Assembly (NCBI RefSeq): GCF_036321535.1
Contig: NC_087437.1
Location: 52,640,001-52,704,000, forward strand
Direction of reading: 5' to 3'
DNA: 64,000 bases
From: Camelus dromedarius
Taxonomy: Eukaryota
A program made the position numbers and the translations under genes. Below are positions 36,987-50,370 of the stretch, in pieces (position 1 is the first letter of the stretch; every line of letters begins with the position of its first letter). Below the pieces are notes generated by a model. That model was not told where the DNA came from. It ran no database searches and worked only from the letters and a program-made list of their open reading frames with translations.

Positions 36987-38744
36987 ATTGTGGGCCTTTC
37001 TTAGTTTTCCCCATTCTAAGTTTATTCAGTGTACACATTCTATTTGTTTAAGAGGAAAGTCTCAGTCCCGCAGAATTCGGCCTTCACCAGACTTCTGCAC
37101 AGTATCTGAAAGTCTCAAATTCATCCTTCTCCAAATACCTATTCCCTGTGCTTCTGTTGCTCAGTCTCACCTTCCCTTTATACATCAGCACTTCAGTGCT
37201 CCACCTGTTGTACAGAGTGCAGTGCATTACTAGCATCATAATGGGATAATCCCCTCATGTCCCTTTCTTCTCTTCTCTTTTATCCTTTCAAATGTCTGCT
37301 CTCAATAAAGCCCCTGGCCAGGCCATCTATTAACAAATGGGCAGGAGACCTCATCCTGGCTTCACCAGCTCAAAGATTTAAATGATGTCAGTGAGGGAAT
37401 AAAGAGGTACTCAAGGAGGCCTGGTGACTCCATTACGGTACCAATCACGTTCTCAAGAGCAGCAAAACACGTGATTGCTACCCAGGGGACCAAACAGCGT
37501 CAGTACACCTCCAGATCCTTTCACTGAGGACCAGGGGAGCATGTGAACTGCAAAAAGACAGCTGGCCAGATCTTTATGCCTTCTAAATACTGTTCCAGCG
37601 CCTTATAACTGACCCATTTAACTGTTCTGTGTGGTGATTAGTAAAATAGATCAATCTGATTTCTCTATATTGTTAACGGGGGGGCCATCACTACTGTAAC
37701 ACCTAGACTATAGAACTTGAGTTTTGGGCTCAGATAAAATGATCTATTAGATGTTTAAGTGATTTAAAAAGCAGAAATGCTAAATAAATATAAATTATCC
37801 TTATATAAAATTCAAGTACAGATTACACATTTAAATGGAGACATAATAAGGAAACATAATTTTTTTAAAGTAGAACATTTCCCCAAATAGATAAGTCACT
37901 TAGTTTAAAAAACAAACAAAACAGACTTTAGATAAATTTAAATTCCCAACATAAAAACCAAGCTAGGGAAACCAAGGAGAAGCTTATTTATAAGGTGGAA
38001 AGAAATACCATCACAAGTGGGTAAATGAACAACTGGCCTCATCCCTATCATTTCTTACAATTTCTTTTATCACCTCATCTTCTCATGCCATCTTTTCTTT
38101 CTCGTTTTAATTTCTCAATGTAATTCCTTAGGTGTAAATACTTAAGCTTTTTCTTTCCCCCATACTGTGGACACTCACGAGCTTAATCTTACTTTCTTGC
38201 CATTTGAGCACTCTAAAAACAAGGACCCTAAAAGCCCTTGTGTCATGTTGAGCACACTTGTGTAAGTGATCTGACAAAGGCAAATACTTTCTCAGCTCTC
38301 ATTCACCAGCTCAGAATTCTTCTCACTTCTGGCCCTCCCTTCCAGGAAGTCCTGACTTTGCTGATTAAGGGCAGAAACAAATCTCTTTTGATAGGCTGGG
38401 GTGAGAGCTGCCTGCTCCTCTACCTCTCCTTAATATAGTGCTCAACACAGTTTTCTGGAGGAGCTCCAGAATGTGTGCTTTCTAGAAGAGTAAAGAATTG
38501 TGGCAGCATTTTTATTCCAGTTTTCACATTTGGGAGAGAGTGGAGGGTCCAGAGCAGAAGGGAGGGGGAAGCAGGGAGCCTGTGATGCGGGGCTTACATG
38601 GTATCACTGATTCACCAGGTTTCAGAAGTCCTCTTGCTTTTCCCTACTATTGCAAAATCAGACTAAGAAAGTAGAAATGACTTCAAGAAATAACCACTAG
38701 GCAAACTCATGCCTTCCCCCAGATAAAGAAATAAGTCTCACAGA

Positions 38745-38975
38745 CAGTATAAAGGTGGTGAAGAGAGAGCCTGGGATTGTATCTTGGCTCCACCACTTAC
38801 CGGTAAACTCTAGCAAGTTACTTAAGCTCTGTACCTCAGTTTTTTTCGTTTGTAAAGTAAGGATAATTTAACAGTCCTGGACTGCACAGGGTTATGCAGC
38901 TATCACATGAGATAAACATGTAAAGCATTTAGAACAGCACCTGGCATGTAAGGCTCATGTAAATGATGGTAGTAA
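38745..38975 (+). mobile_element. MIR
   Basis: tcttggctccaccacttac...gcaagttacttaagctctgtacctcagtttt...gtaaagcatttagaacagcacctggcatg. Confidence 0.85.
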
Positions 38976-39037
38976 TAGCTGTTGATGTGATTATTATCAC
39001 TAGTGTTTCCTAAAAGAATTCCAAGAATTGCAATGCC

Positions 39038-39900
39038 TTCATTCAGCAAACATTTTAATGAGAACCTACCGTGTGTGCCATGTATATGGTGCTAAACACT
39101 GGAGACAGGGACTCAAAGGTGCGAACTAGACCTTCAATCAAGTGGGACACTCTATCAGAGTGGTTATAACTGAGATATGTACAGGATCTTGAGAAGCAAG
39201 AAGCCTGGAGAGGTCCAAGAAAGGGAGAATGAGCCAAGCCTTAAAAAGCAGACTGGAGGGCACCAAAGGAGGAGGAGAGGCATGGTCATTCTGGGCAATG
39301 GCAAAACATAAGACTAACAAGCTTAGCAAAGGCAAGTGTATGAGAGGCTTAAGTAACCTGAATCTTAGCCTGAAGATAAATGTGGATCCTTGACTTTAAG
39401 ACAAAGAAATGGGCTCGAGTGGGAATAATAAAAGGAGACTGAGTGGCGATTACTACAATAATAAAACCCCCTAAGTGGGCAAGGATAGATTAAAAACCTC
39501 AAAGCATCTTACAGAAAGGATGGAGCAGAGAAAAAAAAAAACCTCAAAGATATTTAGCAGTTAAAGTGGCTGGTCTTAGCTACTGATTAGCTGTAGAGGA
39601 TTCAAGAATGGAAAGAGAAAAAAAATGAGCAAGCACAAGGTTACTGGTTGGAGCAACGGGGTAGACGGTTGTGCAGCTGGGATCCAGGCAGAAAGGGTCT
39701 TGGGGAGAGAATACTGAGCTTAGTTTTCAAGATGTTGAGATGAGGTACCTGTAGGACATTCAGATGGAGCCATGTGATAAGAGGGAAGTCACAAACACGG
39801 GTGTGCACCTGTGAAACAGGTAAGGCTGGAGACAGAGATGAGCCATCACTGCTCAGGGTGCAGCCAAAACCACAGAGAAAGAGAGGGTGGAGGTGACTTA
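39038..39900 (-). mobile_element. L2 remnant (3' end and upstream pieces)
   Basis: ttcattcagcaaacattt...tgtgcca...ggtgctaaacactggagac. Later pieces include gagctttagttttc...tgaggtacctgtaggacattcagatggag. Confidence 0.6.
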
Positions 39901-41398
39901 GATGGATGGGCCAGAGAGATGGGAGGACCAGGGAGAAAAGGAGAGCAGATATCAAAACCATCATTTTCTTAGAACCTCGGCACTATTTTCATCTTCATCA
40001 TTCTTGTCAATGATAACTTTTTCAAACATTCCAAAGTTCTTTATTTATATACCATCTGTTTCACAAATATTTGAGGCAGCTTATGGTAAAGACATACACT
40101 AAAACAGCAAAATAAAAATGAAACAAATCAGAGCAAGAAAATATGGAATTTCATTAGGAGTTCACACAGAGGCAGGTTGGGAGAGGAAATGGAATCAGAA
40201 TAGAAGTACGCAGACCAAAGGGGACTACAGAGTTGCTACAGGAAGAGTTGCAAGTTCGGCACTGAGTTTTGTGGTGGCCAAAGTATAAAGAGAAAGAGTT
40301 ACTTCCGAAAGAAGAAACTATACTCTGACTCAGGATTAGCTGATTTGCCTAAGACTGCTCAGTTAAAAGGTAAACAGCAACTTCTACTCTACCCAGCTGC
40401 TTCAACATGCAAATGCCCTTCAGCATAGTGAGACACCCATTATCAGGGTGGAATGATAGAAAGAGAACCGGACTAGGAATCAGGATACCTAGTTATTATA
40501 GTACTAGCTCTTCTGCTCATCGTGAACCCAAGGCAGATCATTTAACTTCTTCATGCCTCATTTTCTCAACTATAAAATAGGTGCTTTCACTGAGCCAAGG
40601 TCAACCAATACAGAGCATTTATGCTATCATTCTCCAATCCAGCACACCATGACAGACTTTGCTCATTAATCACAGAGCTTTTTTCTGCTGAATCCTGCTC
40701 AAAGGTGTTCCAAGTAACCACCGATGAATCAACATGGGTCTTCTGACCCCAGAGCTCTCCAGAGTGCCTCCAGTACTGTCATGATCTCACACATGCTCTC
40801 ACGTAACCATCGTCGTCTCTGACAAACTTCACACCATCCTCTCTGAATGACAAATCGGCTGAGGGGGATTTGACTGCAGCAGGTAGGCAGATACAGAACA
40901 AAACTCTTTCAGGAGTTATTTTTAAACTTCTAAAAATATTTGGATATATTAAAACTAAAACTTACAGAGTCAAAATATACCACTGATGAAAATAAAATAC
41001 TTTCAAATGATCTACCAGAGGAAACCTAAGAAAGGCATAGCAGCATGTACCAAGCTGAAAAATGTTTAAAAGCAACTCAAATTTCAAAGAATCTTTTGTT
41101 CTATTTTAGAATTTGTATTATGAGCATTTCCACAAGATGCTCCACACGATAGCAGAGATAATAGTACAACAAACCTGGATGTACCACTACTCAGTTTCTA
41201 CAACCATCAATGTTTTGCCACAAGATTTAACTTTAGTCAAGCCTTCTGGGATTAGAGTTCAAATTCTTATGGCAAAATACAGCTTTCTCCAGAAACACAC
41301 TCATGTCTATGTATTAATGCACAGACACACACTCATTACAAACAGTATCTTCCAGGCTACACAGGGAAACATGCTGGAGTGAGATCTGTTTTCTAGAT

Positions 41399-41561
41399 CC
41401 TTGCTACTCAAACTGTGGTCCCTGACTAGCAGCGTCGGTATCACCTGGCAGTCTATTAGAAATGCAAAATCTCAGGCCCTACTTGAAATTTATTGAGTCA
41501 TAATTTGCATTTTAACAAAATCTCCAGGTAGTGTCTGCACATTAAGGTTTAAGAAACAGTG
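41399..41561. mobile_element. MER5A
   Basis: gctactcaaactgtggtccctgactagcagcgtcggtatcacctgg...agaaatgcaaaatctcaggccctac...gcattttaacaaaatctccagg. Confidence 0.85.
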
Positions 41562-41649
41562 GTCTACTCCAGACCACCATAACTGTCCTCTGCAAAGCTT
41601 TTCCTAATTAAGCGACTCAGAGGAGCTCGGCAAGAAACTGAAGAATGAA

Positions 41650-42200
41650 AAATTGTGTCCATTTCACTTGGGAGGGCAACCTGCCATTAACTACTCAAAT
41701 TTAAATGTATACAATTTATGACCTAGAAATTCCACTTCTCAGTATTTACACTTGAGAAAAATTCACCTATGTGCTGAAATAGGATATTATAAAGATGTCT
41801 ATCACAGCATTGTTTGGAACTGGAAACAACCAAACTGCCCATCAATAGGTAAATGGTGAAACAAACCAGTACAGAGCAGTCAGCAGAGATTAAAGTGAAT
41901 ATACCAGATCATGGAAAGTTCTCCTAGACATATTGTTGAGTGAAAAAAGCAAGTTGCAGAATGTTCCACTTAGTATAACAATATTTGTCTAAAACAAAAG
42001 AAAAACAAATGCTTCATTATGTATTTTCTCTGTATACATATATGCATGTGTAAAGGAAAAGTTCTGGAAGGACAGATACCAAAAGGAAACAGTGGCTACA
42101 TCTGGAAAGAGATGAAAGGGACTGGGATTCAGGGTGGAGACTTAAAGGACGATTATATTTTATCCATCTGCTTACTTAACTGAAAGGATAATGCATTCAT
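41650..42200 (+). mobile_element. L1ME-like ORF2 end and 3'UTR
   Basis: tatgacctagaaattccacttct...tggaaacaaccaaactgcccatcaatagg...gacatattgttgagtgaaaaaagcaagttgcagaat. Confidence 0.75.
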
Positions 42201-42639
42201 GTATCATTTGTGGGACAAATATTTTTTAAGTGGCTATAGGATTTCTTATGCCAAATGAGTTTATATAGAGAAAATTTGGTCAGGGTAAGGGTACAGGAAG
42301 ATGGACAGAAAGTTTGAAGACCTTTGACAAACTGCAGGTTATTTAGAAATGAGTTTTGTTTGCACAGATCATTTTTTTTTGTTTTCTTCAACACACACAT
42401 TTAGCTGGTACTGTGCATATTTTGCACTATTTAAAAGTGTCTTCAAAAGTGGTATGTTCATTTTTCTGTGTATTTTTTTATTTCCTTCATTGGTCTATGA
42501 TCTATTTGAGAATAAGATATATATGTGATTGTTTTAGAACAAGTTATTTATGTGATTGTTTCTACCGCTGCATATTCCAGGTTCCTAGTTCAACAGACGA
42601 TGATGCACATGAGCTAAATAAATAACTCACAAGCCTATG

Positions 42640-42830
42640 TATAATAATAGCTTAAAAAAAATCCTAAGAGGTAGGTAAAGCACGTATTGTCCTGATTTTA
42701 TAGCTGACGAAACAGACTCAGAAAGGTTGGGAGATGTGCCCAAGGACCCTCTAGCTAGTTATAGTAGCTGGCAAAGCCAGACCTTGGCTCCCACTTTATG
42801 ATTCTAAGTCCTCTGCCCTTTCAATTATAC
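42640..42830 (-). mobile_element. MIR remnant
   Basis: ttttatagctgacgaaacagactcagaaaggttgggagatgtgcccaagg. Confidence 0.7.
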
Positions 42831-45800
42831 CACACTTGCTATGCCACCCTACCTAAATATGATACTTACACTTTAAGGCGGTTTTTTAGTTAGCTTCAGA
42901 TAGGAAACTCTCATGAGATATATTAAAATTCAAATAATATATACAATTTGGGGATCTCATATCTAATTATTTACTTATTTTGAGTTTCTTTTCCAATACC
43001 TTGCCTGGGCCAGCCCAAAAGAAGATGAGACTGAAAAAAAATACTACCACCCTATCCCCATCATAAAGCAGAAAAAGGATGGATTTTAGCTACTCCTCAG
43101 TTTTTAAAATGGTGTCTGTTCTAATGTCTATGGAAAAAATATATAAAAGTAGACAGATACTATGTACCACCTCCCAGCATTAACAATGATCACAGCCCAT
43201 TAGAAAAACCCTAGTGACAATGTGAATAGTGTTAAAGAGTTGAGGGAAAGGGAAAGACTCGTTGTCTACCCTTAATAAAGGGAAATGACCAAATACCTAG
43301 AAGTTTTTCATGTGAAATAGTCTCAATCTGACTTAAAGACTTTGTGAAGTTAAATGGGGTTTCTTTTGGTTTTTTTGTTTTGTTTTGTTTGAAGTTTGAA
43401 GTTAACAAGGTTAAAATCTCACCCAGGACCTTACATATCAAGATAGTACAACTGACTTCTTGATCCTCTTAAGCACTGTGGCTAGAGAGGAACTACTCTG
43501 GACACATATGCATGCCTCTATTTATAGCATCAAGCACCAAGTCTTATGGGAAAAGCTCCGAAACCATTTAAAAATCAAACTATTTTAAGCACCTCACAAC
43601 TTTCTAAGAATTTTTTGTTTGTTTGTTTTAACATTGTTCCCAAAAGTTGGGTCATAAATTGTGTATGTGTGCACTTATTTTGGGGAAATGTACAAAATGA
43701 GGTTAGTGGGTGTGAAGCATTAACGGCCCCGAGAAGAGCTCTAACCAGGGCTGCGTTCGTGGGCTACGGCTGTGGGAGCTCACAGTATGACTAAGAAATA
43801 AACTAGCTGCCTAAAAAAAACCCTCTTTTTTTTTTTTTCTTTTAAGGATTAGGCAGAATTTAGATATTGTTTAAAAAAATATGAATCAAGTACAGCTCAT
43901 TTGAAACATTAGGCATATTTCCCATAACCATTTAAAACATATATGTACTGACTCTGGGAACTTGCTAAATTTAAATCTTGACCCAGTAAGAGTAAGATGA
44001 GTCCTTCCTTCTTTTGGGGAGGGAAGAGTAGAAGAGAACGCCCTGGTAGAGAGGACTTTTAAAAACACCCTCTATGTGCCGGAAACTTCGTAACGATGTA
44101 GAGAATTAGTAGCCTTCCCCCCCTCTTTCTTTTGGATGAGTGAAAACTGGTTGAAGATGCTTAAAACTTGCTTGAAATCACAACTAACGCCCGACAGTGG
44201 TCTGTCTGACTACCCCTTCTCTCTTACACTGACATACGACTGGGCCAGTGGCACCCTATGTTTGCTTCAGACAGTCTTGAAATAGGTTTTACTGACCATT
44301 TCATCTCTGATTGGAATTAATCTTTTGATCATGGCTTTCTCTAATGTGCCATGTTTTTAAAATTTGCATTTCATTTCTAGAGAATTTTGAGAAACAGCCC
44401 TTGAAAAGGGCTTTCTACTACACTGCAGCACTTACAAGGTGGTTATCAAAAAAAAAACAGTTATTCCTAGTAATTTTATTCTGTCACCAGAAGCTCAGAA
44501 TGTAAATGTAAAGTAATGGGCACAGATAAACTGGTCTTGTCTGAAAATAGCTGCATGACTGTGTCCACACGGTGACTAGAGTATGTCAAAGCACAAGACT
44601 ACAGGACTTCTGTAGAGGGGAGCCTCCACTGAAGGTAGACCAGGAGCCCAGATTGAGGGCTGGGAGGTGGAAGTCCTTGGCTTTCTAGCTTGGTCACCAA
44701 ATAGCACCCACCTGAGATTTTTATGAAAAACTTTGTTGTTGTGATTATTGTTTTAAATCCTATCTTAAGGAACACATATGAAGAAGTTATGCAGTAGGGA
44801 TTAACCACCTGTCAGCTGTGGGCCTTGGGTTATCAAGTTACAGGCTTGACTCAATTAGTAGTTGTAATTGATTACATAATTCTTAGTTCAAGTTTAATTC
44901 CACTAAAATTCCACCATCATGGTGAAACTAGGCCATTCATGAAGGTTTATGGATAAAAGCATAATGATAAGCTTAAAGGTTATCATACATTTGATTCAGA
45001 TTTTGAGACACAGGAGATACTTGAAAACGAACAGTGGATCTTCTTGCTTCATGAACAGCAATAAAAGGGTGCCCTTCACATATATAAGTTCTGAACATTA
45101 GGACTCTTTGAAAACAGACTGATGCCTCTGCTCCAAGAAGGCCATGGAAGGCCAATTCCACCCTGGCCCCCAGCAAAGAGCAAGTGGTGAGCCTCTCCAG
45201 GACTGCAGGGAGCCCTGCAGAGGTGAAGCACTTAAAGTGGTGGGAAGCTCCCAGGCTTCTGTGACTGCCATGGTCAGCAAGTGGAGTTCTCATCCTTGAA
45301 GGCGGGACAAAGGGTTCTCAGAGAGTCCAAGCCAGCAGTTGATTACAAACTTAGGGACATAAACCAGGGCTGTCACTTTGTCACTCTAATCACAGGCCAC
45401 TGCCTTTGCACCTGGTTCTTGGTTTTTATCACTTTATGTGAACATATTTGTTTCCAAGACCTAATTGGCCAAAGTAGACAGTACCTGTTTGTGCCCAAGC
45501 AATAGCTCAACTATGCTTCTCCATCTATGATGTAAATCTTCCCAAACACAGTGGTGGGCTCAGGGTTTGGGATGAATGTAGTTCATTCTTATGGAACATC
45601 AACTCCATGTAACATTTTAAAATATTTTTGATATGTTTATATTAAAGCAAAAACATATACAGTGGAGTCACATTTCCAGAAACACAGAAATGTTTAAAAA
45701 TGCAACAAGAGACAAGTTTCACGTTCACAGAGGTGACTTTGGTGGCTACTTCCTGATTCCCCAGGGGTATGTTGGCAGAGATACTTGAGAAGCACTGGCC

Positions 45801-46840
45801 TGCTGGATCTCTATGCTGTTCCCCAGAGCCTAGGCTGGAATGGAAGGTCCCTCTCTCCAGACGCCAGCTCCCAGCCCAGCAGGAGGCATGAAAACTTGGC
45901 ACTGCCTCTTTCATTATCCTCCACCAACCACACTATGCTGTAAGCCAACCACAGGGCTGGGCACTACTACATCAGCATTGGTTATGCCATGGAGACTTTC
46001 CCTGTGCCATGAATGCTGTTTGAACACATCCTTGTAATTTATGCTCATTGAACAGTGGTACAAAGACCAACTGGTACTGGGGACCAAAGAGAGACAGGGG
46101 GAACTGTATCTAAAGGAATGGGTCTATAAGTGAGAATAAGTTGGAACAAAGAAAACTACCAATAAAAGGAACTCTGGGGTACAATGAGGCATGTGCAGAA
46201 ATATCACCAGTACAACCAGTACCAGAAACACATTCACTAAGCACCTACGATATGCTAGGCACTGGGGATTCAGAGATACATAAGACACAGTCCTTGCCTG
46301 TGAGGCAAGATCAGGATGACCTGAGTCTCTGACAGTTCACTGGCCTTCTATCAAAATTTGTATATTCTAAATCCAACTTTATTTTTCAGATAAAATAATG
46401 GTATACCTGTGTTCTCTTTTCAATTTAGAGTTGACATGACTGGGGAGCTGCAAGCTTGCATGGAGGTTTAGGGTTAGAGGTCTTTACACTCCAACACCTA
46501 CAATCATTTTATTGTGTCAATAATGAATTTAAGGAAAAAACAAGAATTCTAGCCTAACAAGCAAGAAGCATCTGTCTGCTAAAACAGAGATTAATCATTT
46601 GACAAACTACTTAAAGGTTAAAAATAATTTTTTTCCCTTAATTTCCAGTGCTGTGGAGTTTGCTGTGAAAGCAATTTCTGGCCTGAATGGGTCACTGAAC
46701 CAGATCAGAGGTTTCATTCATTCAACTATGCTGTAACAAATTTAACAGATTGAAGAAAATGTTCTAGATCCTCTGCTAAATGCTGGAATATTCAGAGGCT
46801 AATAAGACACACATCCTGCCTTCCAGAATTCAGTCCTGGG

Positions 46841-47095
46841 CAGTGTTTCTCAAATGTTTTTTCATTATTATTCCCCTAACGAGCTTAATTATGGAGACAT
46901 TTGCTCTAATTGCTCCTTGCTGCCTTCCCTCCCCCAAGAAATCTGAATACCAGAGATATATTATATATTTGTTTATATATTTTGGCCCTTCAGAGGCTGC
47001 AAATTATATAGCATCTAAGATTTCTCACTGCCCCTCCCCTACCAAGAACCATTTCACCACCTTATGGGCAACAGGGCCCCAATGAGAATTCATCA
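46841..47095. mobile_element. hAT-Charlie-type MITE
   Basis: Starts cagtgtttctcaaa. The far end (ccccaatgagaattcatc) is a degraded TIR. Confidence 0.5.
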
Positions 47096-47226
47096 TCTAG
47101 GCTAGATGTTCATATAACCCCCATAAGATATATGGAAGGGCATGTGTACACACACACACACACATTTTTAAATCAAATTCTTAAAGGACTCCATGATGAA
47201 AAAAAAAATACATATAAGATCTAAAA

Positions 47227-47450
47227 CAGGGGTCAGAAAACTTGTTCTGCAAAGGACCAGAGAATAAATACGTATTTTAGGTTTTGTGGGCTACATACTG
47301 TCTCTGTGGCATATTCCTCTTTATTTTGTTTTTGTTTTGTTTTGTTTTTACAATCCGTTAAAAATATAAAAAACTTTCTTAGTTTAAGGACCCTACCAAA
47401 ACAGGCTACAGGCCAAATTTGGCCTGTGGGCTGGAGTTTGCTGACTCCTG
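47227..47450. mobile_element. MER58-like hAT MITE
   Basis: caggggtcagaaaact...ggagtttgctgactcctg TIRs. TSD atctaaaa/atctagag. Confidence 0.85.
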
Positions 47451-47509
47451 ATCTAGAGGGATAACAGCTAACATTTTCTGAGATCCTACCATTTATAAAA
47501 AAGTAACTG

Positions 47510-47735
47510 TAGCGTGGTGGTTGCCAGGGGCTGGATGGAGAAGGAAATGGGGAGTTACTGTTTAATGGGTATAGAGTTTCAGTTTTGCAAGATGAAAAGA
47601 GTTCTGGAGACGGATGGTGGTGATGGTTGCACAATAATATGAATGTACTTAATGCCACTGAACTGTACACTTAAAAATGGTTAAGAGGGTAAATTTTATA
47701 TTATGTGTATTTTTACCACAATAAAAAAATTTTTT
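47510..47735 (+). mobile_element. L1MB-like 3' end
   Basis: tggtggttgccaggggctgg...gggtatagagtttcagttttgcaagatgaaaagagttctggag...aatgccactgaactgtacacttaaaaatggttaag. Confidence 0.9.
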
Positions 47736-48654
47736 TAAAGTTAACTTTTTAAAACTTTCATTTAAAACTCACCCCAAAACCACATAAAGTAGATATCTTC
47801 ATTTTATAGCTAAAAAACGTGATGCTGAAAGAGCTCTGACAACTTGCCCGAGTTACAAAGCTAGCAAGTGGGGTGCTGAGGTTTGAATCCTAGTCTGTCA
47901 GTTTAAAATAAGGAGCTCTTAGTCGTTCTCACTACCAAGGACTCCTTTTATTTTCTACAACAGATGCCATATTTCAAAAGATTTTATCTGCTAAACAAAC
48001 ATCATTTACTAATAATTTGTTCTGCTTCTTAAACAGTTGTCCCAAGGTATGTATCAGCAATTGGAGCTTCGGACCCATTCGTGGGTCAGCCCATTCTTAA
48101 AAGAGAAGCTCTAAACTCATATGATTTTATTCAAAAATCAAAGAAATTTGGCATTCTACTTAGCCTGTCAACATTTTAGTTGAGAATGTAAATGTAAGGT
48201 CCATGAGGGAACTTTCCTTATCTGTTTCACCCCAGTATCCTCAGTTCCTAGAACAGGGTCCAGTATTTAAAAATGCAAAGATGTGCTTACCTTTTCTCCT
48301 TCTGAGTTCTTTGTGTTTAGGGGACCCCGTAAATATATGTGAAACTGAAGGCAGATGGTCACTGCTCAAGTTTTATGATTCTATGCCTCAGTTTTCTTAT
48401 TCCAGTGGTATTCATTTAGTCAATCAACCATAATTCCCGAGACAACACGAAGTACAGGGTGCTAGCCTGTGTTCTTGTGAAAACACAGAATAAAATGGAA
48501 GAGGAATCTAAAGTTCAGTTGGGTATAAAGTCCAGAACTGGACAAAAACAACGGGAAAAAAAACTTTAAAAGATTTTCAATGAATGAGAGAAAGAATGTT
48601 AACCAGTTGTTGGAACTGGGTCCCATATGGACTAAAAAAGGAAAAAAGCCACTG

Positions 48655-49135
48655 CCGTGGCTGCCTGTTTATAACAATTTCCTCAAGGCAATGTCTGTGT
48701 GACCTCCCTGGGCATGTGACACCAGCCTATCTCATCCCCTTGGCTGTATGAACTATCCTGGGCACATGACCTAAGCTGGGCCAATCAATTTTCCCTGGGG
48801 GAAAGGATACTGTTTCCTCCCAGATCATAGGCTATAAAGGCATTTATAGATTGGCACTGACCATGGTACTACCTTCCATGTAGAGGAAGCCCATGTGCGG
48901 TAAGAGAAGAATGAAGCCTACACTGAAAAATAGACATAGAACAAAAGGTGGAGAGAAAGTACGGAGAAGCCAAACAGATACACGCTGTGTTCCAGTTCCT
49001 AGTTCTCAACATCCGTAAAGTCCACTTCACTCAGCTCATCCTGCGGTGTGGTTAAGTAGGCAAAATAGTACCCCACCTTTCGTTTAAGCTAGATGAAGTG
49101 AGTTTTTGCTACCTGCAACCAGGAATCTTAATGCA
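48655..49135 (+). mobile_element. MLT1J/K-like LTR
   Basis: gggcacatgacctaagctgggccaatca...ttaagctagatgaagtgagtttttgctacctgcaacca. Confidence 0.65.
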
Positions 49136-49999
49136 TGGGCTGAGGAATCTGCCTGCCCTGTGAGGATAAAGTGCGTCATCCCAGAGAAAGTAGGCTAAAG
49201 GTAACCAGCTCCGAGGCTCACCCTGGACTGTTCCTCATCCTTCCTCCACCTCGAGTTTTCATCTGAGAAACTAGGTTAAACCTCTTTGCTACCAGGTGTG
49301 CTCAAATCTCTTAAACAGGCAGATCTGACATAATGTACTGTTTAAGCATTTTTGTTTTTAGACAGAGGTGAGTACCCCCCAAATCCTCAAATAGAATTAT
49401 TTTTATCTTGAAAATCCCTTTACATTTTATAGAGCATCATGAAACAAGCGTGAAAAAAGGCTTCAGGCCTTTTTTCAATAATAAAGAGCTTTAAGGGGAC
49501 TGTTAAGAACGTAATCCCTTCAAATAGCTCATGTAAATTACATAATCTATAGAAAGAAATCTTGCACCACAAATACCAGGAGAAAAATTTCATTTTCTCC
49601 CAGTACAATCACCTTTTATTTTACTAGTTTTGTTGTATTATTATTTTCTTAACCTTTCCTTCTCATGATTTAATTTTTTTCCATGTGAAACTAAATGAAG
49701 CTACTCACCGTTAAATACTCTCAATTTTACCTAGGATTGAGGAGCTATGAATAGAAATAATATGCAACTAAATTAATCACCAGGCACAAGGAAAACTGAT
49801 AGTCTGCCTTAATAGAAAACTCAGAAAATTAATAATTAGTATAATATTTGGGAAAAGCTGTTCAATATCTCAGATTACTATTTTAAGACCTATTTTAAAA
49901 GAAGGTAAGTAAGAATCACTCTCTAATCAAAGACTGTATAAAAGCAAACTGCCCACATCATGTTTTTCATTAATTTAGGGACAATTCTGAATAACTATA

Positions 50000-50106
50000 T
50001 TACTTTCTTCTTTCCTTTTTCTTTTTAAATGGAGGTACTGGGGATTGAACCCAGGACCTTGCCCGTGCTAGGCACGTACTCTACCACTGAGCTATACCCT
50101 CCCCAC
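50000..50106 (-). mobile_element. tRNA-derived SINE (camelid Vic-1-like)
   Basis: Minus strand GGGGAGGGTATAGCTCAGTGGTAGAG...GGTTCAATCCCCAGTACCTCC with A and B boxes and an A-rich tail. 14-bp TSD tctgaataactata (49986-49999, 50107-50120). Confidence 0.85.
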
Positions 50107-50269
50107 TCTGAATAACTATAAAAGTCACGTTTTCATCACTGATATTCAAGGTAAGAAGAGATTTTGCCACAGACACATAGGCTAATTTAAAGTCAGTCTA
50201 TGCATTTCTAAAGTAGCAGCAATTTCTAGAGAACAGTCTTGCCCCAGACCCAGTGGTCTTTTTTTCTTA

Positions 50270-50370
50270 CCAGATTATAAGCTCCAAGAGAGCAGGCAAT
50301 GGAATTGCTCTGGTTCACTGCTGGTAGCACCTAACACTCTGTAGGTGATCAATAAGTGTTTGCTGAATAA
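50270..50370 (+). mobile_element. L2 3' end
   Basis: agattataagctccaagagagcagg...gttcactgct...gtaggtgatcaataagtgtttgctgaat. Confidence 0.7.

Noticed and set aside
49363..49368. Plus-strand 6-nt micro-exon-like motif (tttttag|ACAGAG|gtgagt), and a similar 27-nt one at about 4419-4445
   Set aside because: Opposite to the inferred host strand. They show that such motifs occur by chance on both strands, which also limits confidence in the minus-strand candidates.
50030..50104. tRNA-like sequences here and at 58745 and 60495
   Set aside because: They are SINE heads with tails and TSDs and lack a proper acceptor stem, so they are not tRNA genes.
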